This document shows, piece after piece, positions 24,640 to 35,403 of a stretch of DNA of 64,000 bases (its first letter is position 1; every line of letters begins with the position of its first letter). The stretch comes from Eledone cirrhosa (lineage: Eukaryota). Where the stretch lies: positions 21,266,001-21,330,000 of the forward strand of contig OZ024746.1 in assembly GCA_964016885.1 (NCBI GenBank), in the 5' to 3' direction. Under the pieces are notes generated by a model. That model had not been told where the DNA came from. It saw nothing but the letters and a program-made list of their open reading frames with translations, and did not search any database. Both the position numbers and the translations under genes were made by a program.

Positions 24640-25259
24640 ATATATACACAAATCCACACATCTTGCAGACATATGCTAAAACTGCCAGATAGTTTACACA
24701 CACACACACAAAATAACTTCAACTCACATATACAGTACACACATTCAAACTTACATTCACTCACACATACAAGTCCACTACGATAAAGGGCTAAAGGCTG
24801 ACACATCAGACTTTCTTTCCCCCTTTCTATATAAAGCGTGATACTAATAAGATTTTTGTTCCTCTGTTTGTCATTTCCTTGAACTTTATATATATAAATA
24901 TGCAACCCACACATATATATGCACAACACACACGTATATATTTATATAAATATATCATCATCATCATCATCACCGTTTTACGTCCGTTCTTCCACGCTAG
25001 CATGGGTTAGACGGGTTGTCCTGTTGTGGGCAGTGTCTGGTCGGCTGACCATGCCTTGCTCATACAGGAACTGATCTGGCTTGATTTCTACAGCTGGATG
25101 CCCTTCCTAACACCAACCTCATTTACAGTGAGTGCTGGGTGCTTTTTCGTGGCGCCTACACGTCCACTTTACAGTGTGGGCTGGGTGCTTTTTTGCCGTG
25201 GCACCTCCACGACCACCTTGCGGTGGGGGGGGGGGGGGGGGGCATATTGTTTATATGCT

Positions 25260-28200
25260 TCAGCATGTACCCATGGGAGGTCGGGTACCCTGTATTACTG
25301 CGTGACGCCAGAAGTCACGGTCGTGTGTCATTGACTTTGAGAGGTGTAGTTGGGTAAGGTCGGCTTTTATCACCTCATCCCAAGTCATCTTGGGTCTCCC
25401 CACTCCGCGGTTTCCATCAACTTCTAGTGCTCTGCACCTTTTTATGCAGCTGTCATCCTTCATACGCATCACATGTCCATACCAGCGTAACCGCCTCTCC
25501 TGCACGCAGCATTTGATTCCTCTTATGCTCAGTCTCTCTCTCAATTCATTTATGCTTTGTCGTTCACGTATATTACTGTTACACATCCATCGGAGCATGC
25601 AGGCTTCGTTTCTCTCTAATCTACGTAAGTCTTCCACCTTCAGCGCCCAGGTCTCACTACCATGCAACATCGCTGTTCGGATACACGCATCATACAGTCT
25701 GCCTTTCATTCTGAGGGAGAAGCCTTTTGCAGCTAGCAGTGGTAGTAGTTCCCTAAACTTCTTCCATCCCGTTCTTACCCTAGTTATTGTACTTTCTGAG
25801 CACCCACCTCCGTTGCTAATTCGGTCACCTAGGTAGCAGAAGCTGTCTACTGTTTCTACAGGGCCCTCCCAGAGATTGGTGGTACTTGTTTCCTGTGGCT
25901 GTTTGCTTGCTGTTTCAGCACAGCTGCTGCATGTGAATCCTACATTCTTAATTAAGCTTCCTGAGATCCCGCTACATCTCTTGTGTACCCATTGTTTGCA
26001 TTTGGGGCAAAGAATGGAGTTCCTACCTACACCTTTCCTACATACTGAGCAAGGCCATTTCCCTGAGGGGATCTGGGTTCTGTTTTCTCGTCTACTTATA
26101 AGGACCTTAGTCTTTGTCATGTTGACTTTGAGGCCCTTTCTCTCTAGTCCCTGCTTCCAGGTTTGGAATTTATTCTCTAGTTCTACCATAGATTCAGCTA
26201 TGAGTGCGAGGTCATCAGCATACAGGAGTTCCCATGGGCATCCGGTCTTAAACTCCTCCGTTATTGCCTGCAGGACTATGATGAACAGGAGAGGGCTAAG
26301 AACAGAGCCCTGGTGGACCCCAACCTGTACGCTAAATTCCTCGCTATACTCATTGCCAATCCTAACTTTGCTGACTGCTCCCCTATACATGGCTTGTACC
26401 GCTTTCACAAGCCATTCATCTACTCCTAGTTTTCTAAGAGCCCACCAGATTACTGCACGTGGAACTCTGTCAAAGGCTTTCTCAAGGTCGACAAATGCCA
26501 AGTAGAGTGGCTTACTTTTAGCTAGGTACTTTTCCTGTAATTGCCTCACAAGGAAGAGCGCATCAGTGGTGCCTTTCCCTGGAACAAACCCAAATTGCAT
26601 CTCGTCTATATTCACCCGGTCCCTAATCAGCTGTGCTATAACTCTTTCTGTTACTTTCATGACCTGGTCCATCAACTTTATACCTCTATAGTTTCCTCTA
26701 TCTAGTGCATCGCCTTTACCTTTGTAGCAGTTGACAATGATGCTACTGCACCAATCTTTTGGTATGGCCCCCTCTAGTATTACCTGGTTAACGATACGTG
26801 TGGTTATAGTGTGACCTACAGACCCAGATGCCTTCAGCATCTCGGCAGCTATACCCGATGGACCGGTTGCCTTCCCTATCTTCATATCTCTGATTGCCTT
26901 ACTTACTACGCTGCCGCTGACTTGTACTGCTGGTCCCTCTATAGGGTCTACGTGGGGTAGGGTCTCTTCTTCCCATGCATTCTCCTCATTTAGTAATCTA
27001 TCATAATGACTCTTCCATGCATCTTTCTTCTCAGCACTTGTGAGGGCAAGCTCACCTTTATCATTCCGGATACACTTCTCTCCAATGACATCACAACTAT
27101 CTCTGACACACTGCCTCGCAATCTTGAATACCTCCTGTTTCTGGTCCTCACGTTGTAAAACATGCTTGAATTTTCTATCCTCTGCTTCCCTCCTAGCTAA
27201 GTATACTTGTCGCCTAGCTTCCCTCTTGGTCTCTATGTAATGTACCCTGCTCCCCCCGTTCTTCCATTCTTTCCATGCCTGTCTCTTGGCCTTGACTGCT
27301 TCATCTACCTTATTGTTCCACCACCAAGTCACTCTCCTCCTGCTTGAGGTCTTACTCCAGCCACAAACCTCATCCGTCGCCTCTAGTAAGTTATTTTTTA
27401 GGAACTCCCAGTTCTCTTCTACGTTAAATGTCTCTATCTGTTCTTCTTTACTGTCGTAGGCGTTGAGTAAAATATCTTTAAATCTGTTACTGGTTGAGGG
27501 GACTTTCAGCTTCCAGATCTTTCTTCTCCAGGTTGGCCTCTGTTTCAGGGCTCGTCTAGTTCTGACCGTGAGGTCGCTGACAACTAAGCTATGTTGGGAT
27601 GTACATTCCTCACTAGGGAAGGCTTTTGTGTTTACGACCGTCCATCTGTCACGTCCTCTGATGAGAATAAAATCTAACTGACTAGAGTGCTCCCCTGATC
27701 TATAGGTGATCAGGTGGTTGTCGGGTTTTTTAAAGTTTGTGTTACATATCGACATGTCATTGGCGTCGCAGAATTCTAGAAGTCTGAATCCTTCCTCATT
27801 CCTTGTGCCAACTCCATGGCCTCCATGTACTCTATTGAAGCCGTCGCAGTGTTTACCTACGTGTCCGTTAAAATCTCCTGCAATGATTAGGAAGTCCTTG
27901 TCGTCTGTTAGAGCAGTAGTGTGTATTAGGGACTCGTAAAACCTATCCTTAAGTTCGTCTGGCAGCCCCGATTGGGGTGCGTAAGCTGATATTATTGTGG
28001 TAATTGTCTTATTCAGGACTAGTCTGAGTTTAATGATTCTTGCATTTACCCTGTACACTGAGATTACTTTATCTACCCACTTGTCAGCTAATAGTATACC
28101 TACACCACCCATCCCATCGTCATTTCCCACCCAGAAAAATTTGTAGCACTGGCTTTTTCCTACAAGGACTCTAGCAGACCCTCCTCTCCATCTAGTCTCT

Positions 28201-28379
28201 TGCACACAGCATACATCAACTTCCTTTCGCTCTAGCATTTCTACGATTTCTCCTGCTCTTCCTTTCATTGAGCCTACATTGATGGTACCAACTCGGAGTT
28301 TTGGGCATTTGTCGACACTCGTAGGGGAGGGTCTCTGGGTTGGCGCTTCACGTGGGTGCTTGGTAGCTCGCAGATTCAT
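25260..28379 (-). CDS. RTE LINE ORF, 1039 aa: APE endonuclease + reverse transcriptase + embedded PHD-type finger
   Basis: APE motifs (GTINVGSM, CCVQETRW, AYAPQ, GDFNGHVG, QLDFIL, SQH); RT motifs ([44 protein letters not shown]); RTE-type C-terminus ([23 protein letters not shown]); no stops or frameshifts. Confidence 0.96.
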   Translation of the reverse strand: MNLRATKHPREAPTQRPSPTSVDKCPKLRVGTINVGSMKGRAGEIVEMLERKEVDVCCVQETRWRGGSARVLVGKSQCYKFFWVGNDDGMGGVGILLADKWVDKVISVYRVNARIIKLRLVLNKTITTIISAYAPQSGLPDELKDRFYESLIHTTALTDDKDFLIIAGDFNGHVGKHCDGFNRVHGGHGVGTRNEEGFRLLEFCDANDMSICNTNFKKPDNHLITYRSGEHSSQLDFILIRGRDRWTVVNTKAFPSEECTSQHSLVVSDLTVRTRRALKQRPTWRRKIWKLKVPSTSNRFKDILLNAYDSKEEQIETFNVEENWEFLKNNLLEATDEVCGWSKTSSRRRVTWWWNNKVDEAVKAKRQAWKEWKNGGSRVHYIETKREARRQVYLARREAEDRKFKHVLQREDQKQEVFKIARQCVRDSCDVIGEKCIRNDKGELALTSAEKKDAWKSHYDRLLNEENAWEEETLPHVDPIEGPAVQVSGSVVSKAIRDMKIGKATGPSGIAAEMLKASGSVGHTITTRIVNQVILEGAIPKDWCSSIIVNCYKGKGDALDRGNYRGIKLMDQVMKVTERVIAQLIRDRVNIDEMQFGFVPGKGTTDALFLVRQLQEKYLAKSKPLYLAFVDLEKAFDRVPRAVIWWALRKLGVDEWLVKAVQAMYRGAVSKVRIGNEYSEEFSVQVGVHQGSVLSPLLFIIVLQAITEEFKTGCPWELLYADDLALIAESMVELENKFQTWKQGLERKGLKVNMTKTKVLISRRENRTQIPSGKWPCSVCRKGVGRNSILCPKCKQWVHKRCSGISGSLIKNVGFTCSSCAETASKQPQETSTTNLWEGPVETVDSFCYLGDRISNGGGCSESTITRVRTGWKKFRELLPLLAAKGFSLRMKGRLYDACIRTAMLHGSETWALKVEDLRRLERNEACMLRWMCNSNIRERQSINELRERLSIRGIKCCVQERRLRWYGHVMRMKDDSCIKRCRALEVDGNRGVGRPKMTWDEVIKADLTQLHLSKSMTHDRDFWRHAVIQGTRPPMGTC

Positions 28380-28691
28380 ATTTCATCTATTGATTCAGAG
28401 TTGCTCGTGTATTCCCAGCTCATCCATCCATAACGGTGGGAAAATTGAGGGCTAGAAGGACAGTGGTGGTGGGGTAATGGCAGGGTGTGTTGGGATGCGC
28501 CAGAGGAGGAGAGAGTTAGTTAGGCAGGTAGTAGCAGCAGCAGCAGTGGAAATGGCATGCTAGGTTTGATTGGTCGAATAGACTATGGTGGTGTGTGGGG
28601 GTGGGGGGGAGGGCAATTGTGAGGTAGGAACTGAGGGTCGCATGGTAAATATCCAAGTTAATACTACATCAGTAAAATTAACAATAATAAC

Positions 28692-29186
28692 GTCATGAAA
28701 AAAGCTACTAAGAGAAACCCTCGAAAATTTATCGCTAATACAGCAGGGAAAATTTAACGCTAATACAGCAGGGAACATCATAATATTAACGACATGAAAA
28801 AGCTACTAAGAGAAACCCTCGAAAATTTATCGCTAATACAGCAGGGAAAATTTAACGCTAATACAGCAGGGAACATCATAATATTAACGACATGAAAAAG
28901 CTACTAAGAGAAACCCTCGAAAATTTATCGCTAATACAGCAGGGAAAATTTAACGCTAATACAGCAGGGAACATCATAATATTAACGACATGAAAAAGCT
29001 ACTAAGAGAAACCCTCGAAAATTTATCGCTAATACAGCAGGGAAAATTTAACGCTAATACAGCAGGGAACATCATAATATTAACGACATGAAAAAGCTAC
29101 TAAGAGAAACCCTCGAAAATTTATCGCTAATACAGCAGGGAAAATTTAACGCTAATACAGCAGGGAACATCATAATATTAACGACA
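28692..29186. repeat. Tandem array, 5 x 98 bp (each unit contains a 25 bp direct sub-repeat)
   Basis: GACA unit starts at 28791, 28889, 28987, 29085 and 29183; internal GAAAATTTA(T/A)CGCTAATACAGCAGG x2. Confidence 0.95.
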
Positions 29187-29443
29187 ATATGTAGGCTAAA
29201 ATACCTTCGTAGATTAGGTGGATGGCTGGCTGGGAAAATTTGAATCAGCTCTACTGGTACATTTTAGCAGAGAAGAATGGCAAAGTGTCTTATCTCTTCA
29301 ATATTTTCAGATTGAATGAATTAGGTTAAAGACAGGGTAGTAAGCCTTAAAGAAGTGCATAGAGGGGGGGGGGGGGTAGGAACTGAGGGTCGCATGGTAA
29401 ATATCCAAGTTAATACTACATCAGTAAAATTAACAATAATAAC

Positions 29444-29938
29444 GTCATGAAAAAAGCTACTAAGAGAAACCCTCGAAAATTTATCGCTAATACAGCAGGG
29501 AAAATTTAACGCTAATACAGCAGGGAACATCATAATATTAACGACATGAAAAAGCTACTAAGAGAAACCCTCGAAAATTTATCGCTAATACAGCAGGGAA
29601 AATTTAACGCTAATACAGCAGGGAACATCATAATATTAACGACATGAAAAAGCTACTAAGAGAAACCCTCGAAAATTTATCGCTAATACAGCAGGGAAAA
29701 TTTAACGCTAATACAGCAGGGAACATCATAATATTAACGACATGAAAAAGCTACTAAGAGAAACCCTCGAAAATTTATCGCTAATACAGCAGGGAAAATT
29801 TAACGCTAATACAGCAGGGAACATCATAATATTAACGACATGAAAAAGCTACTAAGAGAAACCCTCGAAAATTTATCGCTAATACAGCAGGGAAAATTTA
29901 ACGCTAATACAGCAGGGAACATCATAATATTAACGACA
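29444..29938. repeat. Second tandem array, 5 x 98 bp
   Basis: Same unit and copy number as 28692-29186, offset by 752 bp. Confidence 0.95.
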
Positions 29939-30415
29939 ATATGTAGGCTAAAATACCTTCGTAGATTAGGTGGATGGCTGGCTGGGAAAATTTGAATCAG
30001 CTCTACTGGTACATTTTAGCAGAGAAGAATGGCAAAGTGTCTTATATATACATACATATGGCTGACTGAGTATGCATGTGTTTCTTTCTCAAATTTTTTC
30101 CGTTCTTTCCTCTTCTCAATCTCTATCTTTCTATTTCATCTTTTATTTCTAATTCTATCTTCTGATGAAGGACTAGTGTCTAAATTGTTAAGACTCTGAT
30201 CCTACAATTTCAAGCGTTAACTAATATATTATACAATTTTGCTAGTAGGTCTAATAAATCCTTTGTTAACTTTGGCGGAAAGTTTTTTAAAATCCTGGTC
30301 AAATTTCTGGAGAAATCTCTCGCATTCGCCGGTGACAATTTTTAATTTTCAAAAATATATATATATGTATATATTTAGACATAATATACAGAGGCATACA
30401 CATAAATAGACATGG

Positions 30416-30549
30416 AATAATTAAAGAGGCATTGAGAAAGATGTATTCAAGCGTGTAGAGATTGTACATGCGTTAGCTATATATATGATTAATGCATGTA
30501 CAATCTCTACACGCTTGAATACTTCTTTCTCAATGCCTCTTTAATTATT
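30416..30549. repeat. Near-perfect hairpin (~60 bp arms)
   Basis: AATAATTAAAGAGGCATTGAGAAAG..TGTACATGC mirrored by GCATGTACA..CTTTCTCAATGCCTCTTTAATTATT. Confidence 0.9.
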
Positions 30550-30748
30550 AGACTATTCTCTTGTATTATCTGTCGCATGTGCTTTTAATTTGAATTTGAA
30601 TTTGAATTATTGTACAATTCTCGTATAATATATGTCGCATCCATTACACCCTGTATATACTAAACTGTTGTTCACAACATCGAAATATATGTATCTATAT
30701 GATTCTTCAGTTGAATAGGAGGTTAATTATATGTACAAACATTGATAA

Positions 30749-30795
30749 TGCTCTGATGACTTCACACTAAAGTTTGGAAGAAACAATTGTCAGCG
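30749..30795 (+). ncRNA. Putative minimal type I hammerhead ribozyme (Penelope-like terminal repeat)
   Basis: TGCT-CTGATGA-[stem II]-GAAAC-AATT-GTC-AGCG: core boxes present, stem I TGCT/AGCG, 2 bp stem III with palindromic loop; imperfect stem II closing pair. Confidence 0.5.
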
Positions 30796-31509
30796 ATTAA
30801 ATGATTTGAACATAACTTTGATACTTGTGTAATTTTATATTCCTGCTCTGCAAAACACCTGATGTTCTTACATTGAGCTATTTCTCTTACTGGTAATAAG
30901 GTAGTAATACATTACTGACCTTCCCTGTTTATAGTTGTTTATAGTATAGTATATACATAACTATAAATAGTATCTTTATTATTATATATATATGTACAAT
31001 TGGAAAGTTAGTAAATTCGAAGCTGTGGCAGTCTGCAGTACCAAGAGTGAAGAGATCACAAATCAAGGTTGTACTCTATGCATAAGGAGGCGAGTAGGTA
31101 CAAAGGAAGGGAAATACTAAAACCCCACCTCTAGAGAGAAAGAGTGGGGAAGAGGGAGAGTCGTATTTTTTACAATACATACACAGTTTGAGTTTTAATG
31201 TAAACAATGTATATAATGCAAAGAAAATATTTATCTAATCTGGTAAATTCTCATGTCCTTTGAAAGCATTGGATAGATATTGTTTTAGTCCAGAGGACAG
31301 AGTTGAAGTGCATATGTAAGTAGTTTGTGATACTGTACAAGATAATTACTCAAAACAGTTGATGCCTCTCACTTAGAATATCTTTATATTCTGGTAGGAA
31401 AACAATATAGCATTTGAAGTAAGATCTGATGGGATTTAACTGGTGTTATTGCCTAGAATGTAACCTGATCAATCCAGAAACCTAGTCTTCAGTAATGTTA
31501 TTGTGTAAA

Positions 31510-32105
31510 TAAAATGGTTTCAGATTTAGACACAAGGCCAACAATTTACAGGAGAGCAGAAAGTTGATTAAATCGACCCCAGTGCTTTACTGGTACTTTA
31601 TTTTATCAACCCAATAAAGATAAAAGGTAAAGTTAACCTGGGGGTGAACTCATAATGTAAAGGGCCATAACTATATGCCACAAAGCATGCTATCCAATGC
31701 TCTTCTGATACTGCCAATAATGATAATAATTGTTTCTACTTTAGGCATGAGGCAAGTAATTTTGGGAGATGGGTAAGTCGATTAAATAGAACACCAGTGC
31801 ATTACTGGTACTTTATTTTATCGACCCATAAAGATGAAAGGCAAAGGTAAACTCAGCAGGATTTGAAATCAGAACATAATTAATGATTTCTAATTTAGGC
31901 ACAAGGCTAGCAATGAGGAGGGGGAAGTGGTGGTGATACGGGATCTACAAAAATCAAATTTCAGTACTTGACTAGTACTTTATTTTACTAACCACTTGAG
32001 GGATGATAGTCAAAGTTGACCCTAGCAGGATTTGAACTCAGAACATAAATAGTCCAAACAAATACCGCAATGCATTTTGTCTGATACTCTGACACTTTTG
32101 CCAGT
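31510..32105 (-). mobile_element. Cluster of three older Meta-domain-like SINEs
   Basis: Three successive family 3' ends and central domains, separated by TAA/ATA-rich tails. Confidence 0.75.
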
Positions 32106-32699
32106 GATGTATAAAATATCTACATTCATATGTGTTCATGTGCTTCTAAATACATATATTTAATGTAGCTATTTTACTCATAAATATATATATATATATA
32201 TATAATAACTAGAGATTGATTAACATATAAATAAACATGAATAATCACAGGAGATAATTTTTACAAGTGTGTAACCACACATAGCTAGGTAGGTAACTAA
32301 ATAAAGTTGACCAGAACTTCAAAAATAGATACCTTATAATATGATTAATCTTCCCTGTATATATTCCATTAAAGAAATATATTTCACCAGTTAATCAGAT
32401 GGTAAACCACAGAAGTGGAGACTTGGATTTTCAACAAGGAAGAAGTTCCAGCAATCCGTGTTTACACTTCAAGTTCAAATCAGTGACTGGCCAGCACCAC
32501 GTGTTGTATTTACTAGAAATACACACATCATACTAGCTTCGTCCCAGTGGCGTGAATAGGGTTATCGACAACTAGAAACAGCAGTCGAGTCCTTTCAACA
32601 GAATATATATATATATGTGTGTATCCCTTTCCTTCCTTTTACATACACATACATTCACACAAACACACATAGCGTGATGGACGGGTGGACAGAAGTCCC

Positions 32700-33350
32700 T
32701 CAAAGTTATATACATGTGAAGGGAGTTCTACTGAGGCAGTTAGAGAAGTGTCAAGTATCTTGGAGCCGTGTTCATGAGTGATGGAATGCAGGAGGCTGAA
32801 TTAAGTGCAAGAATTGCAAAAGCTGATGCAGTAAAGTGCCAGCCTCAGCAATCAGATGTAGGGGGGTAGGTGTAAAAGCCAAACTCGCTGTCTTCCTGGT
32901 ATTCCTGCCAACTCTTACCGAGGATCATGAATCTTGAGTAATGACCAAAAGAATACAATTGCAAATAAAAGTGGCAGAAATGGGATTCCTCTGAAGGGTC
33001 TTTGGAGTAACGTTACTCGATAAAGTGCATAACTCAGAAACCAGAGAGTCACTCCAGGTAGAGCCGCTACTTCTCCGAATTGAGAGATCACAACTCCGAT
33101 ATTATAAGCATGTGGTTAGAATGTCTCAGTAGAGAATCACTGGACACCCTTTTTACAGGCAAAACCAGCCGGCAAGAGACCCTGAAGTAGACCCTGAGCA
33201 AGATAGTTGGATAACATCCATCAGCTTGGTTGGTCATGCTTTGGGATCCAGCTGGATCAGTTAAAGATGTTTGCTACTGACAGATTGGAAGGAGTGTTTG
33301 AGAAGGACTCTGCCCCCACGACCCTCTCAGAAATAAGTGGGTGAAGAAGA
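32700..33350 (+). mobile_element. Degraded RTE-clade (Rex3/Expander-like) LINE 3' portion
   Basis: Broken frames read AELSARIAKA, VAEMGFL*RVFGVTLLDKV, LQVEPLLLRIERSQLRYY. Confidence 0.75.
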
Positions 33351-33592
33351 TATTGTCAATTTACTTTTCAATTTACATATATCTATATGCATATATATTT
33401 GCGTATAATACCAATATGCAGGGCGGTTTTTCTGCCAGTTATTTTAATGTCAGCATACCCTGTTAGCAAGGATTCTATCTCTATATAAATACAAACAAAC
33501 AAACATGCAATCACACACATACATACACACATGCACGTATTTAGATTGACTGTGTGTCAGTAAGTTTCCATATATTTAATGTAGCTTTATTA

Positions 33593-33635
<43 letters not shown>

Positions 33636-33638
<3 letters not shown>

Positions 33639-34499
33639 CTTATACCACTATTGGCCGCTAAAGGGTTCTCTCTAAAAATGAAAGGCAGGCTGTATGATGC
33701 CTGCATACGAACAACAATGTTACATGGCAGTGAGACCTGGGCATTGTGTGCAGAAGATATACGCAGACTGGAGAGAAACGAAGCTTGCATGCCCCACTGG
33801 ATGTGTAATAGTAATATTTGTGAACGGGAAAGCATAAACGAACTAAGGGAGAAATTAGGAATAAGAGGGATCAGATGTTGTTTACTCGAGAGAAGACTAC
33901 GTTGGTACGGTCACGTGATGCGCATGAAAGACGACAGCTGTATAAAAAAGTGCAGGGCGATAAAAATAGACGGTAGCCACGGAGTAGGCAGACCCAGAAA
34001 AACCTGGGACGACCTGATAAACTCCGACCTCACACATTTACACCTCTCCAAGACAATGTCACTGGACCGAGATATTTGGCACTACACAGTAATACAGAAG
34101 ACCCGCCTTGCCTAAGTACAAAGTGAAACCTACAGTCAGTAGGCACCTCTAACAAAAATACACCCCGTCCCACTACCCCCACCCCATCCACACCACCCCC
34201 TTTCGATGTAAAGTTATGTTGGTATCACAACATCCAGTCCGAAACAAATGAGGTTGTGTAGGTGGCACGACAAAAAAAACACAGTCCACGCTGTAATGTG
34301 GCCGTGTAGGTAACACGGTAAAAACCTCCCAGTCCACACTATAAATGTGGTTGGTGTTAGGAAGGACATCCAACCGTAGAAAACCTGCCAGACAGTCCTA
34401 TACGAGCAAGACAACCAATCTTGCCTCAAGTGGGAAAACTCCCGTCCAAACCCATGTAAGCATGGAAGATAGACGTTAAACGATGATGATGATGATGAT
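33636..34499 (+). mobile_element. RTE family B 3' fragment (sister of family A)
   Basis: ORF 33651-34115 [19 protein letters not shown]...[10 protein letters not shown] similar to but diverged from family A; distinct 3' UTR; GAT tail; TA flanks. Confidence 0.9.
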
Positions 34500-34566
34500 A
34501 TATGTGTGTGTGTATGTATATACATATCTTTCTATATATCTATCTCTATATATAGACATACATAGT

Positions 34567-35101
34567 TTTATCTTAGTCTTAGATTCTTCCGCGCCGTTCG
34601 ACACATCGAGCAGTACGTACTCGCCAACGGTCACGAACAGCGGCAACTTTTTCGAGACCGTGCCAGGTGATGTTGGCTGCCATCGGGTCCTTCCGGAACG
34701 TTCGTCGCCAGGTGATCCTTGGGCAACCCCGCCTCCGTTTACTTCCAGGCGGAGTCCAGGTCTCGCTTGCATAAAGCACTGTCGGCAGCAAAATGCTCTT
34801 GTACAGGCAGAGCTTGGTCTTGGTGCTAATGCATGAAGACGACCAGACTGGGCACAGCCGCTGGAAAACTGCGGCTCCTTTGCCGATCTGACAGTTGACG
34901 TCGAACTCCGTGTCGCCGCTGCTTGTCAGGATGCTGCCCAGATAGGTGAAGTGATCAACTTCCTCGAGGACCTGTTGGTTGACTCTGATCACTGGACCTG
35001 TGTTGCTGGCCGTTCTCATGACCTTGGTCTTTTTGGTGTTGATTCTCAGGCCGATCTTTTCCGCACTCTCTTGTATGGATGTTGTTAGGGCCTGCAGATC
35101 T
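34567..35101 (-). mobile_element. GC/CpG-rich RTE-clade LINE 3' fragment with in-frame internal deletion
   Basis: GLRINTKKTKVM..VDHFTYLGS..LYASETW|TPPGSKRRRGCPRITWRR; short CTAAGA-type tail. Confidence 0.85.
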
Positions 35102-35403
35102 GTTTTATACATAAACAAATATGCACAACTATTCAACTCCATTCCGGTACATGTCAGAAATCTATCAGGATGCAGTGTGGAATCATTCAAATTGCAGCTG
35201 GATAGATACTTAAGCACCATTAGAGATGAACCCCATCTCCCAGGATATACACAACGAGCACAAACTGACTCAAACTCGCTCCTACACATGTCAAAATTAA
35301 ACAGAGAATCCAACCTGGCAACCACACCAGACTCTGAGGGTAGAGTCTTCGACTTGGCCTGAGCATGGACTCAAACTCAAATGAAATGAAATGAAATGAA
35401 ATG
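35102..35403 (+). mobile_element. CR1/L2-group LINE 3' end
   Basis: QLFNSIPVHVRNL..FKLQLDRYL..DEP C-terminal motif; (GAAAT)n tail. Confidence 0.75.

Larger units (their letters stand above)
24954..30045 (-). mobile_element. Full-length or near full-length young RTE-clade non-LTR retrotransposon (family A)
   Basis: Single long ORF, ~300 bp 3' UTR ending in (GAT)n tail, long repeat-structured 5' region; both ends abut TA-rich sequence; near-identical truncated copies elsewhere in the window. Confidence 0.93.
28624..30045. repeat. Direct duplication of a ~670 bp block (28624-29293 and 29376-30045; period 752 bp) in the RTE 5' region
   Basis: Both blocks start GTAGGAACTGAGGGTCGCATGG and end CAAAGTGTCTTAT; they appear identical by eye; separated by an 82 bp spacer ending in a G run. 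Confidence 0.95.

Noticed and set aside
25390-27939. Plus-strand ORFs (148, 209, 66, 72, 77 aa), repeated at 49819-51669
   Set aside because: Antisense shadows of the RTE ORF with no independent domain signal.
28560-29533. Twin 70-73 aa ORFs (MMFPAVLALNF..) as an ORF1
   Set aside because: They start inside the 98 bp repeat, differ at their C-termini and have no motif; at most uORFs.
28692-29938. CRISPR-like array next to a reverse transcriptase
   Set aside because: Units are contiguous and identical with no unique spacers; no cas genes; eukaryotic context.
34579-35325. 248-aa ORF as one gene
   Set aside because: Chimera of the antisense strand of a CR1/L2 fragment and an RTE fragment.
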